Source of the DNA: Eledone cirrhosa
Lineage: Eukaryota
DNA: 64,000 nt
Direction: 5' to 3'
NCBI GenBank assembly: GCA_964016885.1
Contig: OZ024743.1
Span: 116,250,001 to 116,314,000 of the forward strand
Shown here: positions 1 to 12,601 of the stretch, in pieces
How positions within the stretch are numbered: the first letter of the stretch is position 1
How the letters are laid out: each line of letters starts with the position of its first letter
Position numbers and translations under genes: made by a program
Notes under the pieces: generated by a model
Seen by the model: the letters and a program-made list of their open reading frames with translations, nothing else
What the model was told of the DNA's origin: nothing
The model's database searches: none

Positions 1-3000
1 TATTAACTGCGAAGACGGTGGTCTATCATCAGAAAAAACAACAACATCCAATAAAACTAGTTTTGCAATCGATTATTCACCAACAATAGTTCGTATGTAC
101 ATCAAATCGTCCATCCAAAACTTTACTTTTACATTCGAGCACATCACTTGTTCTACAGTTCTAATTTGCGATGTTTTACTTTAGAAAATGTTTTAATCAC
201 GATGCTGAAGTCAATTTTTTCTGCCAGTTCTCGCTCTATGTACATCATTACCAGAGCATTCAACCGCTCTTCACTCATGGTACTACGCAAATAATTCTTT
301 ATCAGTTTGAGCCTGCTGAAGGTTCGCTCAGCCTGCGCCGAGCTAACCGGAATAGTTATGAACATTTTGTATAAGGCAAACACGTTCGGATAGGCTTTAT
401 CTAAGTCATTAGAAATCATAAACGAAGCGATCTCAGAACTCGATATGGATTTATCTAAACACACTTCCTTGTAAAAATCTTTGAATGATAAATACTCGTC
501 GAAGATAGAGTCATTTTCTATTTTCACCCTCGTAGAATTTCACAAGATTATCGATTCTCTTTCTATTGCATGTGTCGTCGAGATCGAAGTGCGTCGGTAT
601 CAAGCACGAACAATCCTTCACTAGATCGTGCAAGTCGGCAAAACGTTCGTTAAAGCTACTAATGATTCGATCTAAGATAGTGAAATAAACGTCCCGTTTA
701 AAATGCTGACACATCGTCTCATGAGGTTCGTCACTGGCATTTTCGTCATGAAAACGCTTCTTTTTTCTTTTCCGATTCTCTGTTGTAAACTCTGGTTCAA
801 CTTGACATTGCTCGGCGCGACTTTTAGCGTCTGATAATGTTCGTTCAAAATATTCATTTGAGCGGATGTCTTCAATTTATTTTACTACATTTTTAATCCT
901 GACGTCCACCTCCTTCTGCAAATATTGTGAAACAGAATGCAGCTTTTTAAGTAAATTCTGAAAAAACTTCAACATGAAAATGAATTCAATCTTGCTCAGA
1001 TTTAGTAGCAAACCTCTGGCTTCGGCTAATACTTTCGTAGCAGTGTTGTGAACATCCCCACTTATTATCCTCTCTAGTGCACTTATTAATGCCGGTAAGT
1101 TGTAAATGGTAGCCTCTACAGCCTGAATCTGACTAAACTAGCGCATATCTGAGAGTCTTTTTAATGTTAATACCGTTGCAGTCAATAGTTTTTCTTGTTC
1201 TTCTTCGAGGATTTTCAGCCTTGGCAAGCTTGATGTTAAGAAAACATACAGGCTCTCCAATATACCAAAAAATAATTTACCATCCACTGACGATTGGCTA
1301 CCATCGATTAACACCAGGTTCGGGTTATGAACGCAACAATGGACGTAAACAGCTTTCGAAGAGCATCGCTCTTTAACTCTAGCCTGAAGCCCAGAAATAT
1401 GGCCTCACATATTCGACGCTCCGTCGTAAGCTTGTCCCCTAATATATTGAGCATCCAAGGATAGATCCTGGAAAACAACTTTCACAAGCGTATCGTAAAA
1501 TGATTCAGTGGCTGCTGATTCTAGTTCACAAAACGTCAGGAAATGCTCCTGTGCGTGGCCACTTTTCGATACATATCGCAGTGACACAGAGCATTGAGCC
1601 TGATGCGAAATGTCTATTGTGGAATCGACGATGACTGAATAGTATTTTGCCGCTTTCACTTCCGTGATTATTTGTTGAGTACATTCGTTTGCCAGGCATT
1701 CTATGAATTCGTTTTGTAATTTTGTACTTAAGTACATAAGCTGTCTTTTAGTGCGCCCAGGCGAGAATAAATGGCTTTCCAAGATCGTATGTTACTTGGC
1801 CATCGATTTCAACAATTCAATAAAGTTTCCTTCATTTTCTGATTTGATGCCAAGTCCAGCATATTCCCTGTGACCTCTGATGGACCTGAGGCATCTTCGA
1901 CGTTAGATTCTCGCGACTCTCAAGTGCTTTTCTGTTTCTCCAGTTCATCTGACCAGACCGACTCGCCGGAAATTCCGGCAGTTACGTTGCTTTGGGATGC
2001 GTCACTACTTGTTGACGAAGACTGTTGACTTTTCAGAAAACTGATTAAATGACATTTCTTTGAAGATTCTGCCGTGGCAGCTTGTCTAGCTTCTCTCCTC
2101 TTTGTTGCTCCAGTTTTGTAAGTTTTTTTTAGGCATAATTGTTAATAAGCACTATATTGACACTGTTTTCCAGTGGCTTTGTCTTAAACAAAATTATTTC
2201 TTTTTCCTTTTTTTTTTTTTTTCTATAAGTCTTTAAGTGCCGAAATAGCTTGTGATTAGAAAGCCACTTCACTTACCGCGTTTCTCTGGTCCTGGCAAAG
2301 TCGTTGCCTGGTTTTCCTCTCTTCCACGTGTGTACAATCCAGCTCGCCGATCGCAGCCCCAAATCGCACGTCTGTCTCAGTTCGATGACCGCGGTAAAAA
2401 AGAAAGGGGCCTCTCAAGCTGACGTCACATCTGCTCGTCCTTCCGGTCGAGCACGCTTCCGGTCAAGCACGCCCAGCCTCCGGCCACTACACACCATACC
2501 CACAATGAGCACTATATTGACAGACTTGGAATAATGCAATTTGCTTGATTTGATATTCAACACCGAAGAATGTAAAACACGTCAAATAATCGACGAAAAA
2601 CAAAACATAGAGCAAAAGTCCAGGAAATGTCGCAAATACCAAATTGTTCAAAAATGTGATTAATGATAAAAAGTAACAATATAAATAAAAATATTATATA
2701 TATTTTTTCTATATATACACACAATATATAGATATATATATTTGTGTGTATATACTCATGCATAATTATACTTTTAATTAAATATTAGGTTAAAAACCTG
2801 AGTATAGAGAATAACATAAGCATGTATTACAACATTTCAAAAAATAGAATAATATAGAATTTAGATATCAACTCATTTATTTATATTTACAAATCAAAGA
2901 ATATAATAATCGGTTTTTAATGAGATCCCTGTGATTGATGCAAGGCTACTAATTTGTCAATGTTTGGTGTGAAAGCCGTTAGAGAGAGTTGTAAATCACC

Positions 3001-3336
3001 TCTTCTTTCTATATCAAGGCGATTTTGACTTTTTGAAAGCAGATGCATCACCTGACTGAAACCTGACTCAACTAAATAAGATGTGGGGAAAGCAAGTAAA
3101 AAAAAATGTTACGTTTTAAATTCGACGGAATATTGTCTACACTTTGTTTTAGATGCAGTTACCATTTTATCCGAAATATTATATTTTTTAAATAAACAAG
3201 AGATTGGTCTTAACTTCTAGTCTTGTTAGAGTTTAAGCGTTTTCTTTACGTTGTTGTAGTTAAGGATTCGTAATTACATGTGTAATAAGTTATGTGTTTA
3301 GAATTATAGCCTGCCACCCCGTTAGTTACGCCATTG
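1..3336 (-). mobile_element. Decayed hAT-superfamily DNA transposon; its other end is probably outside the window
   Basis: Contains transposase fragments. A hAT-like terminus CAATGGCGTAACTAACGGGGTGGC reads on the minus strand from 3336. Confidence 0.6.
153..2136 (-). pseudogene. hAT transposase pseudogene (ZMYM1-like type with C-terminal hAT dimerisation domain)
   Basis: Fragments YYSVIVDSTIDISH..QCSVSLRYV and RGQAYDGASNM (1405-1782), and YPNV..TIPVSSAQAERTFSRLKLIKNYLRSTMSEERLNAL (153-527). Likely ATG (MPKK..) at 2136. Multiple frameshifts and stops. Confidence 0.9.
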
Positions 3337-3379
3337 GTGATCACCCTGCGGGACACAGTACTTTATGTACCACCAACTG

Positions 3380-4380
3380 TTATTTCAGTCCGGAACTGGT
3401 TCAACACACTTTGTTTCGCCAGGTCTTTGTTGAGTGATGTTGTAGGTGGTTATCCTTTCATATTACTCCAGGTGATTAACATAACCAGCCTTGAGAGAAG
3501 TACACGCTGACAGAAATTGCATGTCCAATTACTAATGACTTCATCAAGACCGTGAGCACAGCCCTTCCTAAGTTGACGCTTCAGTTGTTTATGTTCTAGA
3601 CGATATTCCTCAAAAGTTTTGCAACTACCCTTTATGCGCTTTCTGCACTCAGCCTTATTTAGAGTTATCTCCTCCCAGCTGTCTATATCAAATGCCAGCT
3701 CTATGAGATTGTTCTTGATGCTGTCCCTGAACCTCATTTTTGGTTTGTGTTGAAGAGTTTATCCAAGATGGAGGTCACCGTAAACAGTTGCTTCGGGATC
3801 CTGTTTTCTTTCATGCGAATGATATGTCCTACCCAACACATTGGAGAAGATGTTACTTGGAGAATCTGCTTTGATGAGAACATGTATGTTAGGGGTTCTG
3901 TCTTGCCACTTGATGTTCCTGCTGAAAACGCTCAAGAAATTTGGTGTGTTTGCGGAATAGCATCCAGGTTTCGGCAGTGTATAAAAGAGCAGAGAGAACA
4001 CATGATCTATACACACACTCCTTGGTATTGTTGGAAATGTTGCGATTTGCCCAAACTCGCTATTCCAATTTCCCGAAGGCAACCGAGGCTCCTTCTGGAT
4101 GCGCAGATTTATTTCAGCATCCAAGGAACCATCATTTGAAAGTATGCTACCCTAGTAGACAAATGTATCTATTGCTCTTAGCCTGGTTCCATCAACGTTG
4201 AAATTGGATTCAGTATATGGTTCTCCGGGAGCAGGGTTAAACATTACATTGGTTTTGTTAAGGCTGATTGTAAGCCCAAATGCTCTCCTCGTGGATGAGA
4301 AACGGTCCATGATGTGTTGCATGTCTGCTTCTGTGTCTTTTAGAAAATCAAGCGTCGTCGGCGTAAAGAAGGTCTCTGAT
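3380..4380 (-). mobile_element. RTE (BovB-like) LINE 3' fragment, 5'-truncated and frameshifted
   Basis: Peptides DMQHIMDRFS..FGLTISLNKTNVM, TFVYLG, DAEINLRIQK and a C-terminal CNFC zinc-finger remnant, all typical of RTE ORF ends. Confidence 0.85.
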
Positions 4381-4861
4381 CTGAGCTGATATACAGATAT
4401 ACAATTGTTAATTCTCCCATTTGAAACAAATTTACCGAAAATGATATATGTATGAAACAATACCCCATGGTTGTATCATCGGGTAACTGTTGTGATATAC
4501 GGCATGTCTCGGAAACTATAAACATATTGCTGTTCATCCTATTCCAAGCCTGAGAAAAGACGATTTTTAAAAGAGAGGGTGTGAGAGTGGAAGTTAGAAA
4601 GAAATATAGCAGTTGAACGGCTGCCATTGCAGGATACATGTTATCAAACGTTGAAATTGGGCGGGATTTTAGTAGAGACGGTAGAGAGCCGAAACGAATA
4701 CCCCAAAGCCTTATATCAGACATTCCACAAATTTACGGCAAAGTAAACACACAAAAAAAAAAAAATTACAGTGGATATATTTTCGTATCGGAAGAATTTT
4801 CTTTCCGAAGAAACAGAACCAATCCTTTAAGTGTCATTAATTTAATATATTAATATTTATA

Positions 4862-4980
4862 GAACAAAGGAAGTGTGGTAAGGAACCAGGTGGACCATAA
4901 CGGACCAGAGTACTCGATACTTAGTGTAGTAGTAATGGGAAAAGAGTCAGGAGCCCGTCAGGGTCCTGACTCTTTTCCTA
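4862..4980 (-). repeat. Family A short fold-back with tail, diverged copy
   Basis: Tail matches 5440-5515 in reverse complement. Hairpin GGAAAAGAGTCAGGA..TCCTGACTCTTTTCC at 4938-4978. Confidence 0.75.
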
Positions 4981-5260
4981 TATAGACGCATGTACACAAT
5001 AAAAGCGCGGGCGCACACACACATATATATATATATATATAATAATTAAATATATATATAGAATAAATAGATATTGTTCTTTCAAAGACATTAATTTCAC
5101 ATAAGAATATATAAACATACGCGCACAGTGGCAAGAGTTCAACTATTATCTCATCGTTCAAATATATATATTACAATATATATATACACACACACACATA
5201 TATATATGTGTGTGTGTATCTTTGTTGTGAGTGTATGTATACGTGTGCGTATGTGTGTAC

Positions 5261-5295
<35 letters not shown>

Positions 5296-5349
5296 TAAAC
5301 ATGTATATATATATGCATATATATATGTATATATATATATATATATATA

Positions 5350-5513
5350 TAGGAACCAGTAAGACCCCGACAGCTGAGCTCAAGCCGTTTCGACGGCTAA
5401 TTCTGGACTCAGCTGTCGGGGTCTTACTGGTTCCTATTACCCACTCTACTACCTCAAGTATTGAGTACTTTGGTGCGTTATGGTCCACCTGGTTCCTTAC
5501 CACATTTCCTTCG

Positions 5514-5515
<2 letters not shown>
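5350..5515 (+). repeat. Family A fold-back element in (TA)n
   Basis: Perfect arms of ~29 bp (TAGGAACCAGTAAGACCCCGACAGCTGAG and its reverse complement), ~80-bp tail, TA tracts on both sides. Confidence 0.85.
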
Positions 5516-5567
<52 letters not shown>

Positions 5568-5618
5568 AAGTTAAATAAAAGTCAAATGATTAAAATTTAG
5601 CTTCGTTTATTACTTCTA

Positions 5619-5661
5619 AATATATTTCAGTGACAGCCATCTTTGGCTGTGACCTCTTCAG
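5619..5661 (-). ncRNA. Hammerhead ribozyme motif with degenerate stem I, in a PLE 3' fragment
   Basis: CUGAAGA-G-GUCACAGCCA-AAGA-UGGCUGUCAC-U-GAAA-UAUA-UU. Confidence 0.6.
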
Positions 5662-5777
5662 GCAATTTGAATTAGTATGGTATAGACAAGTACATATGTT
5701 GTTTCGGTGTATAATATTGCCAATACTCTGATATGCCCAGTTCCTTGTTGGGTTGTTAAATCACTGAGGAACTGGAG

Positions 5778-5842
<65 letters not shown>

Positions 5843-5846
<4 letters not shown>

Positions 5847-6022
5847 TAGATGTTTAACCTCGCCGGCAGAGCTCAAGCCGTTTCGACGGCTATTTCTGAA
5901 CGAGAAATAGCCGTCGAAACGGCTTGAGCTCTGCCCTTGGTGTTAAACATATTCCTACTACCCTAAGTATTGAGTACTCTGGTTCGTTATGGTCCATCTG
6001 GTTCCTTACCACACTTCGTTCG

Positions 6023-6024
<2 letters not shown>
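5843..6024 (+). repeat. Family A fold-back element in (TA)n
   Basis: Arms centred near 5900 (GCAGAGCTCAAGCCGTTTCGACGGCTATTTCT and its reverse complement) followed by the same tail as 5350-5515. Confidence 0.85.
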
Positions 6025-6069
<45 letters not shown>

Positions 6070-6096
6070 TACATATATATATATATATATATATAC

Positions 6097-6137
<41 letters not shown>

Positions 6138-6142
6138 CATAC

Positions 6143-6487
<345 letters not shown>

Positions 6488-6517
6488 AAATCAAAAGATT
6501 GTTAAAAGAGTTCCATG

Positions 6518-6588
6518 TATTTTATTATGCGCATTTCAAAAACAAATATCATCATGGAATGATATTTGCGTTCTCATCAGATAAAATA
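6518..6588 (-). ncRNA. Type I hammerhead ribozyme
   Basis: Stem I UAUUUUAU/AUAAAAUA; CUGAUGA; stem II CAAAUAUCAU/AUGAUAUUUG; GAAA; palindromic stem III AUGCGCAU; AUA cleavage triplet. Confidence 0.85.
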
Positions 6589-7194
6589 GGGAGACATGAT
6601 ATGAAGCTTAAAAAACACTTGCGCGCATTGAAGTCTTACATCAACATATAAAAAATAAAATAAGCTAGATATATGAGATTGGGAAAAAAAGGAAAGGAAT
6701 GGGGGAAGGAAAAGGTAAGGAAGCGGAAGAAAGAATATAATAAGAAAAAAATATATAATAATAAGGAAACGATGACTGTCACTGTATGCGAAATGTGTAT
6801 TATAATATCATAATTATTTTTTACTATCTTGATTGGAATTTAAAAAAAAAGATATGGCACTGCATTAACAGAAAATAGATTTTGGCTAAAAGTAAAATAT
6901 GGCGATTTGCTACAACTGATGAATAATGGAAACATATTAATCGACCTTAAATATCAATATGAAGCAGAGATATAAAGATTAAACACTTTATAACAGCCTC
7001 ATTATCAATAATAGCTTCTTTCACTTCTATAGAATATTTGTGGCCTTTTATAACTTCCCAGATTTAATCTATATAAAGTTGCATATAATAATCTCAAATA
7101 TTTAGTGTAATGTTTCATATTCATGTGTGTATGCGTGAGTGTGTGTGTGTGGGTATGGGTGTGTGTCTGTGTGTGTGTTTGTGGGTATGTGTGA

Positions 7195-7257
<63 letters not shown>

Positions 7258-7267
7258 TACATATACA

Positions 7268-7301
<34 letters not shown>

Positions 7302-7383
7302 GTTAATAAATTAAACCAAACAAAACACAGGAAGCAAAATCACACAATTTTATTAGGTTCATGCTTGGAGGAGGTGGAGGCAG

Positions 7384-7420
7384 TTTCAACGTTTCGAATA
7401 GAAGACCTTCTTCATGATAT
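7384..7420 (-). ncRNA. Degenerate HHR-like motif in a PLE-like 3' end
   Basis: AUGAAGA-AGGUCUUCUAUUC-GAAA-CG-UU, followed downstream by AAUAAA and then (TA)n. Core C3 is mutated. Confidence 0.35.
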
Positions 7421-7636
7421 ATTAGTATTGAGAAGGTTAGGAAGGGAAGTTAAGAAATCAAGGGAGTTGGGAGGAGAAATCATGGTAGGGGAGGGTGAGT
7501 GGAAGGTCAGGATTGGAGAGCAGGGTGAAAAGTACATGGATGTGTTTGTGTGAGTGTGTCGAAGGGAATTAATTGGTAGATGTGCGTAGCTTCATTCTAT
7601 AAAGTTGAGGTGTTCTGACTAGTATATGTGTATGTA

Positions 7637-8250
7637 TATATATAAAGTTGTAGTTCCTGTCTGTTTGTTTGTTTGTTCACGAACTCCTCCTATAGTTTTG
7701 GAGGTAGACCCCATAACCATATATATTCTGTAACTACATTGCCCAGGGTACTTGAATAAGTATATTTCATTTTAAAAAAAGTGTTCCCCGGGTGCACAAA
7801 TCCTCGCTGAAAATGTTTTCCCTTAGATTTATTTGAAATTTAAACCATAGGTAAATGCAAGATATGATGCCTATTCACAAAATTACAGCAAATTTCAATA
7901 ATACTAAGACACCCAAATGGGGGGTTAAACCCCCTATAGTGAAAGTTCTGGAAGCCCATTACTTGAGTATTGAACCTATATTATCACGGGGTTTTTCTAT
8001 TAATTAAATGTAAATCAACAAAAAAGCACCTCTTTTTATACTAAAATTTGACTAATTTAGACATTTTATCTATGGCAAAACATCACTAGAATTATGACAA
8101 CAAAAATTATTAGTTAATGCCTCTACCTTTTTAACATTTTTCCCTTTATTTTTTCCCCATAAATGATATCACTGATTTAAATTCAATCATCATTTTCTTA
8201 CCAAAAAAATGTATGAAACGCAGCAAGGCGCGGGTATTTTGGATGGTATG
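7637..8250 (+). mobile_element. Probable non-autonomous Helitron-like element
   Basis: Starts TATATAAAG..CTGTCTGTTTGTTTGTTTG and ends with GC-rich GCAAGGCGCGGGTA followed by a decayed CTAG-like terminus. Confidence 0.35.
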
Positions 8251-8728
8251 TATATATATAAATATATATATATATATTTGGGCTTTTTTATGGTTTTTTT
8301 TGTGTGCGTACGAATGAGTAATGTGCGGGTAGGTTTTTTTATGTAGTTTTTATGTATGTGCTTGTACAATTGCGTGTGTGTGTGTATGTGTATTATAACG
8401 TGTGTTGAATGAATGTGTATGTGAGAATGTCTACACGTAGGTCTTTATAGATGATTTTGTAAATTATTTCTATGTATGTGAATGTCTACGTATGTGGGTG
8501 TGTATATATCTATGTTAGTGGATGTATATCATCTGTAGAGGGACGCTTTTGTGTGTGTGTGCGTATGTGTGTGTTTATGTTTGTGTGTCCAATCATGTGA
8601 GTGTGTTATCTTTCTAATGTTTTTTCTTATGTGTGTTTGCGTATTTCTACGTGTGTGTCGGAAGATTGTGTGTATGTGTGCATGTTTATATGTGTGTGTG
8701 CGTGTGTGTGTGTGCCTGTGTGTGTGCC

Positions 8729-8847
<119 letters not shown>

Positions 8848-9029
8848 GTGCGTGTGTGTGTGTCTGAGGAACTGTTGTTTTTTCTTCTCAATGTCGGTTA
8901 TATATATATATATATATTAGACACCGAAGGAAATTCCTTGTTACAATATGATACATTCTAAAAGAAAAAGGGGTCTATTAAAAGAAAATAGAGAATTCAC
9001 TGTCAGAAACGTTTCGCAACTTGTGGATA

Positions 9030-9140
9030 TGGAAAAATCAAGATTTCAATTAATATATGGTCGAAAAACGAACATTACGGACATATAACGAAGAATTATT
9101 CATTGAAAAGTACAGGCCACAACTGAATACACAAATATGA
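9030..9140 (+). pseudogene. PLE GIY-YIG C-terminal remnant
   Basis: Frame 9060-9140 reads ..LRTYNEELFIEKYRPQLNTQI*, matching KENMFIQKYRPALNIV at 55870. Confidence 0.65.
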
Positions 9141-9452
9141 TATCTCATCACCCGGATACATTGATTCTAAAGTCCCATGTACATGAAAAAATCAAAGGAA
9201 CCAAGCTCAAATGGAGAACACTCAAACATTCAATCGTTGCAACAGAAAAGACTCCTCGGTGGTACGCTACATTTTTATTAGCCCCTCCTCCCCATTGCAC
9301 ATGTGGACAGACATACTTTTGTATGTGTATATGTATATATTTGTATGTGTAGGTCTGTAGACACCAACACAGACGTGTACGCATATATGGACTTGAATAC
9401 ACGCACGTATGTGTGGGTGTGTGTGTGTGAAAGCGTATATATATATATGGTC

Positions 9453-9495
<43 letters not shown>

Positions 9496-10282
9496 CCCAC
9501 ATGTGGCTTTGTTCACCTTTCCAGTCATGTTCCAATATGTTCATGGCTCTCTTCTCTCATTTGTAATTATAGCCCCAATCCCCAGCCACCACCCAACAGT
9601 TTCTTTTTATCTTAAAATATTTGTAAAATACAGCAACATCTTATTGCTTTATCACCTATTTATAATTATACCCTAATTTTCTCACCACATTCGTTTGGTC
9701 TCATTAAATTTGTTTTGGTTTTGAATCAGTGGATACAATATGGCGCCATTACTTAATCAACCTATCATAAAAATAATCTCTCTCATTTGTAAAAGACACC
9801 AGGATGTTATTGCTTTTCAGCTTTATCAATGTTATCACAAATGTCACTTAGATTATCTCTATCTGACCATCACAACAAAAACAGAATATCATTCTCACTC
9901 GATATTCATTTCCTTAATATGCAAAAACACTATCCTTTTAATTTATTAATTCTTTATATTTTTTTTAATTTCTATTACACTTTTTCATCTGTACATACCT
10001 TCTTATACTCCTCCACTCACAGACTGTCCTTCTCCCGCTATATATATTTGTATATATCTTCGACACAACAAAACAGACAAATGTGAAAACCACACCGAAT
10101 GCGAGAAAGTTCCACAGATAGTTAAGTTCTCCTGAGAAGTTAAAAAAGACTTACCAGAACTAATATCAATAACGACTTATTGTAAAGATTTGAATTTTTA
10201 AAGAACATCTAGCACTGGTGAAATCATTCGTCCCTTCTTTTCAAATATGTATATATACACACAACTACATATGATGTACATA

Positions 10283-10920
10283 TGATGGTTGCCCATTCGT
10301 TATCGAGTATGGCCATAGCGCGATATACCATTATTAGTAATTATTAATTAATTCTATCGTGCAATGTCTGTGCATGAAGATATTTTTTAAAGTTAGGAAA
10401 GACTGTGCACTGAGCCAATCCCATTCTCTGAGCAACAGTAACTACAACCCGAAAAGAAGAAAAGATCAACATCATCGGTACCTACTGAGCTGCAGGTTTT
10501 ATATCGGTGTTATCCCAGTTTCCTGAGTTGCTTTCTCCTAGAAGAATACCCTGACAAATGCTAGGGGTCCTTCACGCCCAGCAGTTTAACCGCGCGATTG
10601 GGTGTCCAGCCCGACTATTTCCATATCCCCGTGCATATACACACACATGTACCCATGTATATACACATATACATATACATGTGTATATATACAACATGTA
10701 CATGTGTATATACATATTTACACACTTTTGGATAGCCGTTGGCTCTTATGAGTTCTTCCGCCCTTTGTCAGGTTTCGTTTTTTGTCCTGCAGGGTGGGCA
10801 AAATAACCCTCCTTACCAAGTAAACTTGGTGGGGTTGCCGGTTTAGTCACTGACGACTGGACCATGTGACAGCTTTTACTGGGTTACATGTTACAAGTAG
10901 CACTCAAGAGTGACCTTACA
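10283..10920. repeat. Dispersed repeat, probably SINE- or LINE-derived; second copy at 51042-51290 and related piece at 47787-48295
   Basis: 10283-10531 aligns closely with 51042-51290. CTTGGTGGGGTTGC is shared between ~10826 and ~48210. The other copies adjoin (CATA)n. Confidence 0.7.
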
Positions 10921-10963
10921 TAATATGTACATATATATACATACATGCATATATATATATATA

Positions 10964-11245
10964 TATTAATAAGAGGAATTCCAACTTTGTCTGATTTACT
11001 CGTTTTATTTACAATCCTTTAAAATATATATAATGGTATTATAATGAAATAGTATGATAGAATATTAAATTCTAAGTGTCAATTAACACTTAGAATTTAA
11101 TATTCTATCATACTATTTCATTATAATACCATTATATATATTTTAAAGGATTGTAAATAAAACGAGTAAATCAGACAAAGTTGGAATTCCTCTTATTAAT
11201 ATAATCTTCTATACACAATCATACACACCCGTGTATATTTACCTA

Positions 11246-11250
<5 letters not shown>
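10964..11250 (+). repeat. Near-perfect palindrome (~115-bp arms) with tail in (TA)n; same family as 52531-52952
   Basis: Arms 10964-11079 and 11086-11201, tail to ~11250. Confidence 0.9.
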
Positions 11251-11318
<68 letters not shown>

Positions 11319-11371
11319 GTATATATACATATATAATTATGTATATATATATTTATATATATATAATTATG

Positions 11372-11400
<29 letters not shown>

Positions 11401-11403
<3 letters not shown>

Positions 11404-11529
11404 GTGAGTGGGTTCCATTATTATTTCTGGCAATATTATTACAACAATATGACCCTCCCAAGTATAACAACGTTTGTTTCGACACACGATTTCATATCAA
11501 AAACCTTGCAAAACAAATTCAATGCCGTC

Positions 11530-11532
<3 letters not shown>
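11401..11532 (+). mobile_element. 3' tail fragment of PLE subfamily 2 in (TA)n
   Basis: ATGACCCTCCCAAGTATAACAAC..GACACACGATTTCA..GCAAAACAAATTC is homologous to the ORF-start/tail of the main PLE and to 34468-34540. Confidence 0.8.
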
Positions 11533-11585
<53 letters not shown>

Positions 11586-11649
11586 GAGAGAGAGAGAGAG
11601 AGAGGGGGAGAGAGCGCGGGAAAGAGAGAGAGGGAGAGGAGGGGAGAGA

Positions 11650-12040
11650 AAGTGGAATTGGAAATTGTGAATGCAGAGTCAGGTTCGATCTGTAAAAGAT
11701 CCTGCCTTCAGCTGATCAACGGTGAAACATGTGTAATATGTTAATAAATTGTGTTGTGATGCATTCTTCATTATCTATTACAATATACTCTACACTGTGC
11801 GAGCATCGAGTGCTCAAACGCATACCGCCCACGGACGCATTCAATTGTAAACCTATACAACTATGTATATATTTGAGCACTCGATGTTCGCGGCGCAGAG
11901 CCGAGTATATTGATATAGATAAGGAGGAATGCATAAAAACACAATTTATCAACATATTACATGTTTCTCGTCGATCAGCTCAAGGCAGGATTTGTTACAG
12001 ATCGAATCCGACTCTGCATTCGCAATTTCCAATTCCACTC
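11650..12040. repeat. Diverged inverted repeat (~170-bp arms) between (GA)n/(TC)n and (TA)n
   Basis: 11650-11818 pairs imperfectly with 11872-12040, e.g. AGTGGAATTGGAAATTG / CAATTTCCAATTCCACT. Confidence 0.85.
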
Positions 12041-12056
12041 CCCCCCCCCTTCTCTC

Positions 12057-12101
<45 letters not shown>

Positions 12102-12252
12102 ATACTTTGGGAGGGTCATGTTGCCAATAAGAAACACACGCACCAGTTGCTTTCACTTCAATTTAATTTAATATATATTTATAAATTTACAAATTTATAA
12201 ATTTCTGGTTGGTTGGTTGGTTCCACAACCAGATAGTTGTTTATATATATAT

Positions 12253-12297
12253 AGTCATAGTTCTTTCGTCACACACTCTGTGACCTCTTCAGTGACT
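12253..12297 (-). ncRNA. Minimal type I hammerhead ribozyme (PLE unit 1)
   Basis: AGUCA-CUGAAGA-G-GUCACA-GAGUG-UGUGAC-GAAA-GAAC-UA|UGACU. Confidence 0.85.
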
Positions 12298-12601
12298 GGG
12301 GATTTCTTCCTTCGTTTCTGTGCCTTTCCTTTCTTCTATCCTACGCCATTTTGTTTGTGTGTGGGTTGCGTGCTCAGTTTGCGCATGCGCCACATCCGGG
12401 TGTCTGTGTGTGTTTGTGTTCATTTTTCTATTTTTCTATTTTTATATTTATATTTGTTTGTTTATTTATTTATTTATTGTTGGTTGGTTGTTTGTTCTAT
12501 GTGTGTGTGTGTTTTCATTTTGTCTTGTGTGTGTTTTCATTTTGTGTGTGTTTTCAATTGTAAGTTGTTTATATATGTGTGTGTGTGTTTTCATTTTGTC
12601 C

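Noticed and set aside
2148-2522. 15-bp direct repeat AGCACTATATTGACA as a possible target-site duplication
   Set aside because: The enclosed sequence is not recognisable as an insert, and it may be an internal repeat of the hAT element.
11700-11740. CTGATCAACGGTGAAACATG as a hammerhead ribozyme
   Set aside because: The core is non-canonical, the two arms disagree, and stems I and II cannot be formed.
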